A stretch of DNA of 64,000 nt from Vicinamibacterales bacterium (GTDB taxonomy: Bacteria > Acidobacteriota > Vicinamibacteria > Vicinamibacterales > CAVVIG01). Positions 17,684 to 26,857 of this stretch are shown here, in pieces. The notes beneath the pieces were generated by a model that saw only the letters and a list, made by a program, of their open reading frames with translations, had not been told where the DNA came from and did not search any database. Location: positions 1,443-65,442 of the forward strand of contig JBFXAT010000016.1 in NCBI GenBank assembly GCA_050183995.1, in the 5' to 3' direction. The number at the start of each line of letters is the position of its first letter. Within the stretch, counting starts at the first letter, position 1. Made by a program: the position numbers and the translations under genes.

Positions 17684-18285
17684 CGCTCAGCCTCACCGCG
17701 AAGGGCTCGCAGCGCCTCGATCCGCAGAGGTGGGGGCAGCGCGTCCACCGCGATCGCGCTGCGAAGCTGCAATGCCCGCACGTACGCGACGACGGCCCAG
17801 CGATCCCGCTCCTGCAGTTGGCGGGCATACGACGGCATCAGCCCGTAGCCTTGGGCAATCGCCTGGTAGAGCCGCCCGACGGGGAGTGCCCGCACCCTTG
17901 CTTCGAGCAGCGACGGCGGTTTGCGCAGCTGCATCGCCGACGCGACCGGCGAGCCGCCGGTGCCGTCGACGTCGTGGCAGGGGCGGCAGAAGACGTCGTA
18001 CCGGCCGCGTCCTCGGATCATCAGCTCTGTGGTGACGCCGACCGGAACGGTGGATACGCGATTCCAATCCTCGGTCTGAAGCGGAACTGGAACGTTGGCG
18101 TCTTCGATGGCGATGCTCCCTTCGGGCGGCCGCCGCATGGTCATGCCATCCGCGAAATAGCGGGAGTGCTCGTACGCGTCGTAGCGCGGCTGGGCGCGCA
18201 TCCGCTCGAAGTCCAGAATCCCTTCTCCCGGGTTCGCGTTGCAGGCCAGGGCGGCGAGGAGCGGGAGGGCGAGGAGGACCCTCAT
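17680..18285 (-). CDS. actE: Alternative complex III subunit ActE (monoheme cytochrome c lipoprotein)
   Basis: In-frame ATG inside track ORF 17680..18609. Shows a lipoprotein-like signal (MRVLLALPLLAALAC) and a single CRPCH heme site. An ATGA overlap links it to the actD stop. Confidence 0.85.
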   Translation of the reverse strand: MRVLLALPLLAALACNANPGEGILDFERMRAQPRYDAYEHSRYFADGMTMRRPPEGSIAIEDANVPVPLQTEDWNRVSTVPVGVTTELMIRGRGRYDVFCRPCHDVDGTGGSPVASAMQLRKPPSLLEARVRALPVGRLYQAIAQGYGLMPSYARQLQERDRWAVVAYVRALQLRSAIAVDALPPPLRIEALRALRGEAER

Positions 18286-18821
18286 CGCCGCAGCTCCACG
18301 GTGACGATGCGCAGCGGTTCGTAGACCGCCAGGGCCTGGCTGACACGATCGCCATCCGAGCGAGGATCGTCGAGCGGCACGCCGACCCAGAATCGATCGA
18401 TCGTCGCCCGCTCGAACCCGGCGATCTCCGACAGCGGATGCCACAGGCGGGGAAGACCGGTAAACAGGAAGAAGCCGATGAATCCGGCGCAGGCGGCGCA
18501 GAGCACCGAACTCTCGAAGGTGATCACGAGAAAGGCCGGGGCCGCGTGCATCGGCCGCCCGCCCACATTGAGTGGATACGCGATCACGGACGTGTGCCAC
18601 TGCAGCCAATAGCCGAAGACCGCGCCTGCGATCCCGGCGATCAGCATGACCGCCGGCACTCTGGTACGGCCGAGTCCGATCCTCTCCGCGAGTCCAGGAA
18701 CTTCGTACGGTGTGTAGGTGACCACGCTCCGGAAGCCGGCGTCGTACAGGTGGACGGCGGCTTCCGTCATTCGGCGTGGCGTCTCGAATTCGCCGAGAAC
18801 TCCCGTGCGCACATCTCTCAT
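18282..18821 (-). CDS. actD: Alternative complex III subunit ActD (DUF3341-type)
   Basis: 179 aa, with a soluble N-domain followed by two TM helices. It sits in the expected position, and an ATGA overlap links it to the actC stop. Confidence 0.85.
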   Translation of the reverse strand: MRDVRTGVLGEFETPRRMTEAAVHLYDAGFRSVVTYTPYEVPGLAERIGLGRTRVPAVMLIAGIAGAVFGYWLQWHTSVIAYPLNVGGRPMHAAPAFLVITFESSVLCAACAGFIGFFLFTGLPRLWHPLSEIAGFERATIDRFWVGVPLDDPRSDGDRVSQALAVYEPLRIVTVELRR

Positions 18822-20182
18822 GGCTGGGTCTCGTACTGCAGCTTCTTCACCTCCGCGATCGGCACGAATGGAACGAATCGGAGGAAGAGCAGGAAGAGAA
18901 AGGCGAACAGCCCGAAGCTGCCGAAGAGGATGCCCCAGTCCACCAGCGTGGGAACGTAGGCGTCCCAGCTGGAGGGCAGGAAGTCACGCGCCAGCGACGA
19001 GACGACGATGTCGAAGCGTTCCACCCACATGCCGAGCAGCACGAACAATCCGACCGCGAACAGGACGAGCGGGCTGCGTCGCGCGGACGGAGCCCAGAGC
19101 ACCTGCGGCACCGCGACGTTGCAGAGGAGCATCAGCCAGTAGATCAGCGCGTAGGTGCCGAACGGGCGATACCAGAGGTACATGTATCGCTCGTAGCGAT
19201 CCGCGCTGTACCAGCCGACGAAGGTCTCGATGGCGTAGCTGAACGTCATCATCCAGCACATCGTCAGCATCGTCTTGGCCATCTTGTCGAGATGGGCATC
19301 GGTGATGACGTCTGCGATGCCGTAGTACCAACGGATCGGAAGCAGGAGACAGAGGACCATCGCGAAGCCGGAATAGATCGCGCCGACGACGAAGTACGGC
19401 GGAAAGATCGTCGAGTGCCAGCCGGGGAGCTGCGCGATCGCGAAGTCGAGGCTGACGACCGAGTGGACCGAGATGACCAGCGGGATCGCCAGCGCGGCCA
19501 GCAGGCCGTACAGGATCGTGTAGTGCCGCCACTGGTCGCAGGAGCCGCGCCAGCCCAGAGCGAACAGGCCGTAGAGACGGCGTCTTCTCAGCGAGCCGGC
19601 GGCATCACGCGCTGTCGCGAGATCCGGAATGAGGCCGAGATACCAAAAGAGCAGCGAGACGGTCAGATACGTGGAGACGGCCGCCATGTCCCACGGCAGC
19701 GAGCTCTTGAACTGTGGCCACACGCCCATCGTCGCCGGGTAGGGGAACAGCCAATATCCGAACCAGGGCCGGCCCAGGTGCAGCAGGGGAAATATGCCCG
19801 CGTTGACCAGCGCGAACAGGGTCATCGCCTCGGCGAGGCGATTGATGGAGGCGCGCCACTCCTGCGCCATTACGAGGAGGAACGCCGAGATGAACGTGCC
19901 GGCGTGGCCGATTCCAATCCAAAAGACGAAGTTGATGATCGGGAACGCCCATGCGACCGGAATCTGATTGCCCCACACGCCAGGGCCGTACAGGACCGAA
20001 TAGGTGACGGAGACGACGAGCAGCAGTACGCCGCCTGACGCACCCAGCAGAAGAAGCCTCCAGACGATCGAGCGCGTGTAGACGGGCGCGAGCAGGTGCG
20101 CCGTGAGTGCGGCGTCCGTGCGCGCCGTCATCAGCAGCGCTTCAGGGGCGCGGCGCGGAGGCGGGTCGGTCCAGGTGGTCAC
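18818..20182 (-). CDS. actC: Alternative complex III subunit ActC (NrfD/PsrC-like quinol-interacting membrane subunit)
   Basis: This is the last ~454 codons of track ORF 18818..21379 (FVFWIGIGHAGTFISAFLL). GTG at 20180-20182 overlaps the actB stop (GTGA). An alternative ATG lies at 20131. Confidence 0.88.
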   Translation of the reverse strand: MTTWTDPPPRRAPEALLMTARTDAALTAHLLAPVYTRSIVWRLLLLGASGGVLLLVVSVTYSVLYGPGVWGNQIPVAWAFPIINFVFWIGIGHAGTFISAFLLVMAQEWRASINRLAEAMTLFALVNAGIFPLLHLGRPWFGYWLFPYPATMGVWPQFKSSLPWDMAAVSTYLTVSLLFWYLGLIPDLATARDAAGSLRRRRLYGLFALGWRGSCDQWRHYTILYGLLAALAIPLVISVHSVVSLDFAIAQLPGWHSTIFPPYFVVGAIYSGFAMVLCLLLPIRWYYGIADVITDAHLDKMAKTMLTMCWMMTFSYAIETFVGWYSADRYERYMYLWYRPFGTYALIYWLMLLCNVAVPQVLWAPSARRSPLVLFAVGLFVLLGMWVERFDIVVSSLARDFLPSSWDAYVPTLVDWGILFGSFGLFAFLFLLFLRFVPFVPIAEVKKLQYETQP

Positions 20183-23073
20183 TCCGGCCCCCCGGTTGTG
20201 TTGCCAGTGTTCCGCAGACGCGCCAGATACCAGATTCGAGGGCGGGTTCCCAACTCGTGGAGGACGTGATAGCTCTGGTCGGTTCCGGCCAGTGCTGCGA
20301 CCTCCGAGTTTGCGTCGGTGATGGACCCGAAGGCGATCGCGCGGGTGGGGCATGCCTGCTGACAGGCGGTCTGCAGACCGGCGTAGGCGGTGCCGGAGCC
20401 GTCGAGCGCGTCGTTGATTCCGGCGCGGCGGATCCGCTGCACGCAGAATGTGCACTTCTCCATGACCCCGCGGGCGCGCACGGTGACGTCCGGGTTCATC
20501 GCCATCTGTTCGGTGTCGCCGAGCAGTTGGGTGTAGTTGAGGAAGTTGAAGCGCCGGACCTTGTACGGGCAGTTGTTCGAGCAGAATCGCGTGCCGACGC
20601 AGCGGTTGTAGATCATCTCGTTCAAGCCGTCCGGGCTGTGGACCGTGGCGTTCACCGGGCAGACGTACTCGCACGGTGCGTGTTCGCACTGCTGGCAGAG
20701 CATCGGTTGGACGTCGATCCGCGGTCCGTCGGCGGCGTCTTGGAGGTAGCGGTCGATCCGGAGCCAGTGCATCTCGCGTCGCTGCAGCACGCCGTCCTTC
20801 CCGACGACTGGAACGTTGTTCTCTGCCTGACAGGCCACCATGCAGGCGCTGCACCCCGTGCAGACCGTCAGATCGATGGCCATCGCCCACTGCTGTGCGG
20901 CGGCGCCGGGAGTCGGTGGGTACCAGGACGGCAACGGTCCCTTGTGCGCTGCCGTGAAGTGCGGCGCCGCGCGAAACCGTTCGAGCGACGCGCTCAGCAC
21001 GACCGGCCGTCCCTCGAGCGACCAGTGGGCGGCGGTGACGGCGAACTCGTGCGAGAGCGGAACGGCTCCGAATGCGAGCGCAGGGCTCGCTGTTGCGGCA
21101 ACGCTCCAGCGGAAGGGGGGGAGCAGCGTGTATGCGTCGACGCCCACGCCGGCCGCCGTTTCTTCGGCGCCCCGGCGTCCGTACCCGAGCGGCAGCACGA
21201 TCAGGGAATCCGCCACGCCCGGCAGAGAGAAGACCGGCGCGCGCAGGCGGCGGTCGCCGACAACGAGCTCGACGACCTGTCCGTGCTCGGCTCCGATGGC
21301 CGAACGCGTACGCTCGTTCATGAAGGCGGCGTTGTCCCACGTGAGCTTCGCGACCGGATCGGGAAGCTCCTGCAGCCACGGGTTGTTCGCGAAGCGGCCG
21401 TCATACACGGACGGATCGGACGTGAACGACAGCTCGATCGCGTTGCCCACAGGCTGGGGCATGTTCGCAATGGCGTCAGCGACGGCGTTCCAGTCGAGCT
21501 CTGGTTCGCGCGGGGTCGACTCGGACCCACGCACGAGCCCCTGCGTCAGCGCCGCGACCCACGACTCCGCATCGCCTCCGAACGGCCCATCTGTCCAGAG
21601 CTGTCGTACGATCTCGTTCGCGGGGCGGTTCTCACCTGAAAGCCACGCGAGCAGCTCCACCGGCGACCTCGCACCGTGCAGCGGCGCGATCAGCGGTTGC
21701 ACGACGGACGCGGTGCCATCCAGGGCGCGCGCATCGCCCCACGACTCCAGGAAGTGAGCGAGTGGCACGAACCAGGCGAGGTCCTGTGCGGTCTCGTTCT
21801 CATACGGGCCCGCGAACAGCGACAACGGCACGCTGCGAGCGAGCGCGCTGAACCGTGCTTCGGCAGTCGTGTTGTAGGACGGGTTCCCGCCGATCACGAC
21901 CAGCGCGCCAACCTCTCCCGCCTCCATCGCGGCGATCAACGTGGAGAGATCACCGCCGTCGAGCAGCACCGGCGGCACGTAGGAGACGGCGTCGCCACCG
22001 GTGATGGCGTTGATCGCAGCCGCGATCGCGTGCGAGACCGCTGGCTGGCGTGGGCCTGCGGCGACGACGGCCCGGCCGCGGTGGCGAAGCAAATCGCGAA
22101 CGAGGCTGTCCCGCCAGGCGTCGGCGTCGCGGGAGGCGGAGCGCCGCAGGGCCGTGCTCACGCTCTGGGGAACCGTTCCCAGTCCGGCCGCCAGGAGTCG
22201 GTCGAGGACAGATGCCAGGGTCGGTGCGATCTCGGACGGTCGAAGGCTGCGCCGATGGTCGGCGATGATGCCGGTCGGCGTGAACGCCCCTTCCGCGACA
22301 TACAGGCGATTCATCCCGTCTCCGATCGACCGGATGCGACGCCTGTCGGCGAATCGCCTGGCGTGGGCGAGATGGAACGGCCCCTCGGCCAGCAGATTCG
22401 CGTCGAAGGTGGCGACGATGTCGGCGCGGTCGAGCGCCGGCATTGCAAGCGCGCGGGCGCCCGTCGCCATCGCCACACCAGCCTCGGCATATCCCGTCGC
22501 GAACGGGGCGTAGTAGTGGACGTGCAGCTCTGGAAAGCGCGTGCGTATTCGATCGAGAAGCGCCGCGACTGTCGGCGAGGCGGTCGGCTCGAGCAGGAGG
22601 TGCAGCCCCGCACCGGCCGCGCCGCTGCGTTGCCGCAGCTCGCGATCGCTGAACGCGCCCGCGCAGTCGAGCCACGACCGCGTGATTCCGCGCAATCGCA
22701 CCTGGCTGGGTCGATCCGGGTCGTAGAGCTGATAGACAGCCGCCTGTTCGAACGCGCCGGTGGCACCGAGGCTCGCCGGGTGAGCCGGGTTGCCTTCGAC
22801 CTTCACGGGTCGCCCCTCGCGCGATTCGACGATGAGGCCGGTGGCGTATCCGTCGAGCTCCATCGCCGTCGCGTAGTGGCGGGGAACACCCGGCACGAGC
22901 TCCGGCGGCTGCACGACATACGGCAGGATGTCACCCGCCGGCCGGGTGCATGCGGATGCGCCGGCGGCGATGAGACCGGCGCCGAGCGTCTTCAGGAAGA
23001 CCCGGCGATCGAGCTCCGCTTCCTGACGTCGGACGAGGCGCAGCGGAAACCGGGGCTGAGTCGGATCGCTCAT
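20179..23073 (-). CDS. actB: Alternative complex III subunit ActB (molybdopterin-oxidoreductase-like domain fused to a 4Fe-4S ferredoxin domain)
   Basis: In-frame ATG inside track ORF 20179..23622. Shows a Tat signal (RRVFLKTLGAGLIAAGASAC) and cluster motifs CTGCSACMVAC, CQQCEHAPCEYVCP, CVGTRFCSNNCP and CTFC...CQQACP. An ATGA overlap links it to the actA stop. Confidence 0.93.
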   Translation of the reverse strand: MSDPTQPRFPLRLVRRQEAELDRRVFLKTLGAGLIAAGASACTRPAGDILPYVVQPPELVPGVPRHYATAMELDGYATGLIVESREGRPVKVEGNPAHPASLGATGAFEQAAVYQLYDPDRPSQVRLRGITRSWLDCAGAFSDRELRQRSGAAGAGLHLLLEPTASPTVAALLDRIRTRFPELHVHYYAPFATGYAEAGVAMATGARALAMPALDRADIVATFDANLLAEGPFHLAHARRFADRRRIRSIGDGMNRLYVAEGAFTPTGIIADHRRSLRPSEIAPTLASVLDRLLAAGLGTVPQSVSTALRRSASRDADAWRDSLVRDLLRHRGRAVVAAGPRQPAVSHAIAAAINAITGGDAVSYVPPVLLDGGDLSTLIAAMEAGEVGALVVIGGNPSYNTTAEARFSALARSVPLSLFAGPYENETAQDLAWFVPLAHFLESWGDARALDGTASVVQPLIAPLHGARSPVELLAWLSGENRPANEIVRQLWTDGPFGGDAESWVAALTQGLVRGSESTPREPELDWNAVADAIANMPQPVGNAIELSFTSDPSVYDGRFANNPWLQELPDPVAKLTWDNAAFMNERTRSAIGAEHGQVVELVVGDRRLRAPVFSLPGVADSLIVLPLGYGRRGAEETAAGVGVDAYTLLPPFRWSVAATASPALAFGAVPLSHEFAVTAAHWSLEGRPVVLSASLERFRAAPHFTAAHKGPLPSWYPPTPGAAAQQWAMAIDLTVCTGCSACMVACQAENNVPVVGKDGVLQRREMHWLRIDRYLQDAADGPRIDVQPMLCQQCEHAPCEYVCPVNATVHSPDGLNEMIYNRCVGTRFCSNNCPYKVRRFNFLNYTQLLGDTEQMAMNPDVTVRARGVMEKCTFCVQRIRRAGINDALDGSGTAYAGLQTACQQACPTRAIAFGSITDANSEVAALAGTDQSYHVLHELGTRPRIWYLARLRNTGNTTGGPE

Positions 23074-23717
23074 CGGTGGCATCCAGTGCAGGCGGTCACG
23101 CGCCGCACGCGATAGGTCGCAGCGAGGCGAGGTCCGAGAATCTCTTGTCGCTCCGGCGGCTGATATCCCATGAGCGCGACGGCGTCGAGCGGGCGGAGGT
23201 GGGGCTCCGGGTCGCGATGACACCCGAGGCACCACCCCATCGTCAGCGGCGCAACCTGATACACGCGCGCCATGCGGTCGACCCGTCCGTGGCAGCTCTC
23301 GCAGCCAACACCCTTGCGCGTGTGAATCGCGTGATCGAAGTAGACGAAGTCCGGCAGATCGGTCACGCGCTTCCAGTTGAGCGGCTGCCCGGTGCTCCAG
23401 CTTCGCCATACCGGTTCCAGTGCCGGGCTGGTGTTCCAGATCTGGCCGTGGCAGTTGAGGCACAGCTCCGTCGGCGGAACGCCGGCGTGACGGGAGCGCT
23501 CGGCGTCGACGTGGCAATACATGCAATCGATGCCGTCGTCCGCGACGTGATGACGGTGATCGAAGGCGACCGGTTGGGTCAGCGGGACGAACTGGCCCGT
23601 CACGTACGGAGTGCGCACCCACGCGATCAGCACGACGGGGACTCCGACCAGCACGCCGACCACGCCAGCGAGCGCGAGGCGAACGAGAGCGTCTGCCTTC
23701 GCGGGGAAGAGTTGCAT
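23070..23717 (-). CDS. actA: Alternative complex III subunit ActA (pentaheme cytochrome c)
   Basis: Five CxxCH sites are present: CMYCH, CLNCH, CESCH, CLGCH and CTGCH. There is an N-terminal TM anchor. I chose ATG 23717 (MQLFPAKADALV...) because the longer track ORF start adds Arg/Pro-rich junk. Confidence 0.9.
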   Translation of the reverse strand: MQLFPAKADALVRLALAGVVGVLVGVPVVLIAWVRTPYVTGQFVPLTQPVAFDHRHHVADDGIDCMYCHVDAERSRHAGVPPTELCLNCHGQIWNTSPALEPVWRSWSTGQPLNWKRVTDLPDFVYFDHAIHTRKGVGCESCHGRVDRMARVYQVAPLTMGWCLGCHRDPEPHLRPLDAVALMGYQPPERQEILGPRLAATYRVRRVTACTGCHR

Positions 23718-23949
23718 CAGCGGGTTCCGGGCACGGCCTGCATCAGGTCTGCAAAAGCGTTTCCGTCGAGGCGTGCCCTCGGGAGAGCCGGCGGATGTGG
23801 TTGGAATAGAAAAGAAACATAAAGATGCGTGTCGGCTGAACGGAAGCGTGATGGCGGTGCGTGATCGACCGCGGCCGCTGGCCGGCGGTGCGGGAGGCGC
23901 GCGGCGAGCGCGCGCCATCGCGGAACGTGCTTTGAGTACGACTCCGAAT

Positions 23950-25740
23950 ATGGCAGCGACTACATCCGACTATCTGCTCGAGCGGCTGGCCCAATGGGGC
24001 GTCACGCGGATCTACGGGTATCCGGGTGATGGCATCAACGGCATCCTCGGCGCGTTGGACCGCGCGCGCGACCGCATGCACTTCGTGCAGGCGCGCCACG
24101 AGGAAATGGCCGCGTTCATGGCGTGTGCGCACGCCAAATTCACTTCCGAGGTGGGGGTGTGCCTGGCGACGTCAGGCCCCGGCGCCATTCACCTGCTCAA
24201 CGGGCTGTACGACGCGAAGCTGGATCACCAGCCCGTCGTCGCGATCGTCGGCCAGCAGGCGCGGGCCGCGCTCGGCGGGCACTACCAACAGGAGGTCGAC
24301 CTGGTCACGCTGTTCAAGGATGTCGCGCACGAGTTCGTGCACATGGCAGCGACGCCCGAGCAGGTGCGGCATCTCGTCGACCGGGCGGTCCGGATTGCCA
24401 AGGTCGAGCGGACGGTCACGTGCATCATCCTGCCGAACGACGTGCAGGAACTGGCTGCTGTCGCCGAGCCGCCGCGGAAGCACGGCACCATCCACTCCAG
24501 CGTCGGCGTGTGTACGCCGTATGTCGTGCCGGAAGACGACGACCTGCGGAGGGCCGCCGACATTCTCAATAGCGGCAGCCGGGTGGCGATGTTGGTCGGA
24601 GCCGGAGCGCTTGGGGCCACGGACCAGGTGCTCGACGTCGCCGACGCCCTTGGCGCCGGCATCGCCAAGGCGCTGCTGGGGAAAGCCGCGCTGCCGGACG
24701 ACCTGCCATTCGTGACCGGTTCGATCGGGCTGCTGGGCACCAAGCCGAGCTGGGACCTGATGATGGAGTGCGACACGCTCCTGATGGTCGGGACGAGCTT
24801 TCCGTACTCGGAATTCCTCCCGAAAGCCGGACAGGCGAGGGGCGTCCAGATCGACATCGACGGACGCATGCTTGGCATCCGCTTTCCCACCGAGCTGAAT
24901 CTCATCGGTGACGCAGCGGCGACGCTCCAGGTCCTCCTCCCGTACCTGGAGAGGAAGTCCGATCGGTCGTGGCGAACCCGAATCGAGGCGGAGGTGGCCG
25001 AATGGTGGCGCGTGCTCGAGGGGCGCGCGATGAACGATGCGAACCCGATCAATCCGCAGCGCGTGTTCTGGGAGCTGTCGTCGAGGCTTCCCGACGACTG
25101 CATCCTGGCGGCCGACTCGGGATCGGCGGCGAACTGGTTCGCGCGCGACCTCAAGATCCGCCGCGGCATGATGGCCTCTCTGTCGGGCACGCTCGCGACG
25201 ATGGGCCCAGCTGTGCCTTATGCCATCGCGGCGAAGTTCGCGTTTCCGAGCCGCGTCGCCATCGCACTGGTGGGCGACGGGGCCATGCAGATGAACGGAA
25301 TGAATGGCCTGATCACCATTGCGAAGTACTGGCACGAGTGGAGCGATCCGCGCCTCGTCGTTCTCGTGCTCAACAACCGGGACCTCAACCAGGTCACATG
25401 GGAACAGCGGGCGCTCGCCGGCGATCCGCGCTTTGCCGGGTCGCAGAGCATCCCGGACGTGCCGTACGCACGCTACGCCGAACAGTTGGGACTCATGGGC
25501 ATTCGCGTCGACCGCCCGGAGGACATCGGCGACGCGTGGCACCGCGCCCTGCATGCGGATCGCCCGTGCGTGCTCGAGGCGATCACCGATCCCAATGTGC
25601 CGCCCCTACCTCCACACATCAGCCTCGAGCAGGCGCGAAACTTCGCTTCGTCCATCTGGGCCGGTGACGCGGAGGCGCTGGGATTCATTACTCAGACGGT
25701 GAAGGACGCAGCCGAGAGCGTCCTACCGCGTAAGAAGTAG
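23950..25740 (+). CDS. Thiamine-pyrophosphate-dependent enzyme, pyruvate oxidase/PoxB-like
   Basis: In-frame ATG inside track ORF 23611..25740. Contains MAATTSDYLLERLAQWGVTRIYGYPGDGINGIL and the TPP motif GDGAMQMNGMNGLIT...NN. Confidence 0.9.
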   Translation: MAATTSDYLLERLAQWGVTRIYGYPGDGINGILGALDRARDRMHFVQARHEEMAAFMACAHAKFTSEVGVCLATSGPGAIHLLNGLYDAKLDHQPVVAIVGQQARAALGGHYQQEVDLVTLFKDVAHEFVHMAATPEQVRHLVDRAVRIAKVERTVTCIILPNDVQELAAVAEPPRKHGTIHSSVGVCTPYVVPEDDDLRRAADILNSGSRVAMLVGAGALGATDQVLDVADALGAGIAKALLGKAALPDDLPFVTGSIGLLGTKPSWDLMMECDTLLMVGTSFPYSEFLPKAGQARGVQIDIDGRMLGIRFPTELNLIGDAAATLQVLLPYLERKSDRSWRTRIEAEVAEWWRVLEGRAMNDANPINPQRVFWELSSRLPDDCILAADSGSAANWFARDLKIRRGMMASLSGTLATMGPAVPYAIAAKFAFPSRVAIALVGDGAMQMNGMNGLITIAKYWHEWSDPRLVVLVLNNRDLNQVTWEQRALAGDPRFAGSQSIPDVPYARYAEQLGLMGIRVDRPEDIGDAWHRALHADRPCVLEAITDPNVPPLPPHISLEQARNFASSIWAGDAEALGFITQTVKDAAESVLPRKK

Positions 25741-25743
25741 GAG

Positions 25744-26835
25744 ATGCGGGCTGTCCGCGTCGACCGCCTCAGCGCCGAGGCGTTCAGGCTTCCTACCGAT
25801 CAGCAGGAATCGGACGGCACGCTCGCGTGGGACGCGACGACGGTGGTGGTCGTACACGCGTCTGGCGGCGGGGCGACAGGGCTGGGCTACACCTACTCGG
25901 CACTCGAGACGGCACGGCTCATCACGTCGATGCTCGCTGATGTCGTCACGGGAGCCGACGTGATGCACGTCGAGGCGTGTTATCAGGGCATGCGGCGACA
26001 GACGCGCAATGTCGGGTCCGCCGGCATCGCATCGGCGGCGATCTCCGCGGTGGATGTGGCGTTGTGGGATCTGAAGGCGCGTGTGCTCGACCTGCCGCTC
26101 GTGTCGCTGCTCGGTGCGAGCCGGGAGTCTGTCCCCGCCTACGGCAGCGGCGGCTTCACTTCCTATTCGGTCGAACGGCTGCAGGAGCAGCTCGCGCAGT
26201 GGGCCGCCGAGGGCTTTCATGCCGTCAAGATGAAGGTGGGACGCCACCCTGAGGACGATGCCGGGAGGGTCGCCGCGGCGCGGGCGGCCATCGGCGGTGG
26301 GACGGCTCTCTTCGTCGACGCGAACGGTGCGTACGATCGCGCCCAGGCGGCTGCCTGCGCGCGGGACTTCGCGGCGTACGGCGTCTCGTGGTTCGAAGAG
26401 CCGGTCACCTCCGACGACCGCGAAGGACTGCGCCTGGTTCGCGACCGCGCGCCTGCGGGAATGGAGATCGCCGCGGGCGAATACGGGTATCACCCGTGGT
26501 ACTTCCGACGCCTTGCTGAGGCCGGCGCGGTCGACATCATGCAGGCGGACGCGACACGTTGCGGCGGCGTCACCGGCTTCATGCGTGCCGCGGCGATCTG
26601 TGATGCGTGGTGTCTGCCGTTGTCGGCGCACACCGCACCACAACTCCACACGCATCTGTGCGGCGCGGCCGCGCGCGCGCGCAATCTCGAGTATTTCCAC
26701 GATCACGTTCGAATCGAGCAGCTCCTCTTCGAGGGGGCCGTACGGCCGTCGGCGGGACGGATGGCGCCGGACCTCTCGCGCCCCGGCCTTGGGATCGAGC
26801 TGAGGCGGCGCGAGGCGGCGCGATTCGCCGTGTAG
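25744..26835 (+). CDS. Enolase-superfamily enzyme (mandelate racemase/muconate lactonizing family)
   Basis: 363 aa. Contains KMKVGR, LFVDANGAY, WFEEP and a DIMQAD-type metal-ligand pattern. Confidence 0.85.
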   Translation: MRAVRVDRLSAEAFRLPTDQQESDGTLAWDATTVVVVHASGGGATGLGYTYSALETARLITSMLADVVTGADVMHVEACYQGMRRQTRNVGSAGIASAAISAVDVALWDLKARVLDLPLVSLLGASRESVPAYGSGGFTSYSVERLQEQLAQWAAEGFHAVKMKVGRHPEDDAGRVAAARAAIGGGTALFVDANGAYDRAQAAACARDFAAYGVSWFEEPVTSDDREGLRLVRDRAPAGMEIAAGEYGYHPWYFRRLAEAGAVDIMQADATRCGGVTGFMRAAAICDAWCLPLSAHTAPQLHTHLCGAAARARNLEYFHDHVRIEQLLFEGAVRPSAGRMAPDLSRPGLGIELRRREAARFAV

Positions 26836-26857
26836 AGCTTCCGGAGGGGATCACAAC

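Noticed and set aside
16601-17848. A 415-aa plus-strand ORF across actF
   Set aside because: It is antisense to a clearly hydrophobic NrfD-like membrane protein, and its translation is charged and Arg/Asp/Glu-rich without motifs.
20107-23115. Plus-strand ORFs of 479-510 aa (20107..21639 and 21676..23115) antisense to actB/actC
   Set aside because: They contain no recognisable domains and lie antisense to genes with unmistakable Fe-S and NrfD motifs, so they are shadow ORFs.
18818-23918. The extended track ORFs for actC (853 aa), actB (1147 aa) and actA (282 aa)
   Set aside because: The extensions run through the preceding gene in a different frame and are Arg-rich. Internal starts that overlap the upstream stop codons (ATGA or GTGA), a Tat signal for ActB and a TM anchor for ActA give sensible N-termini.
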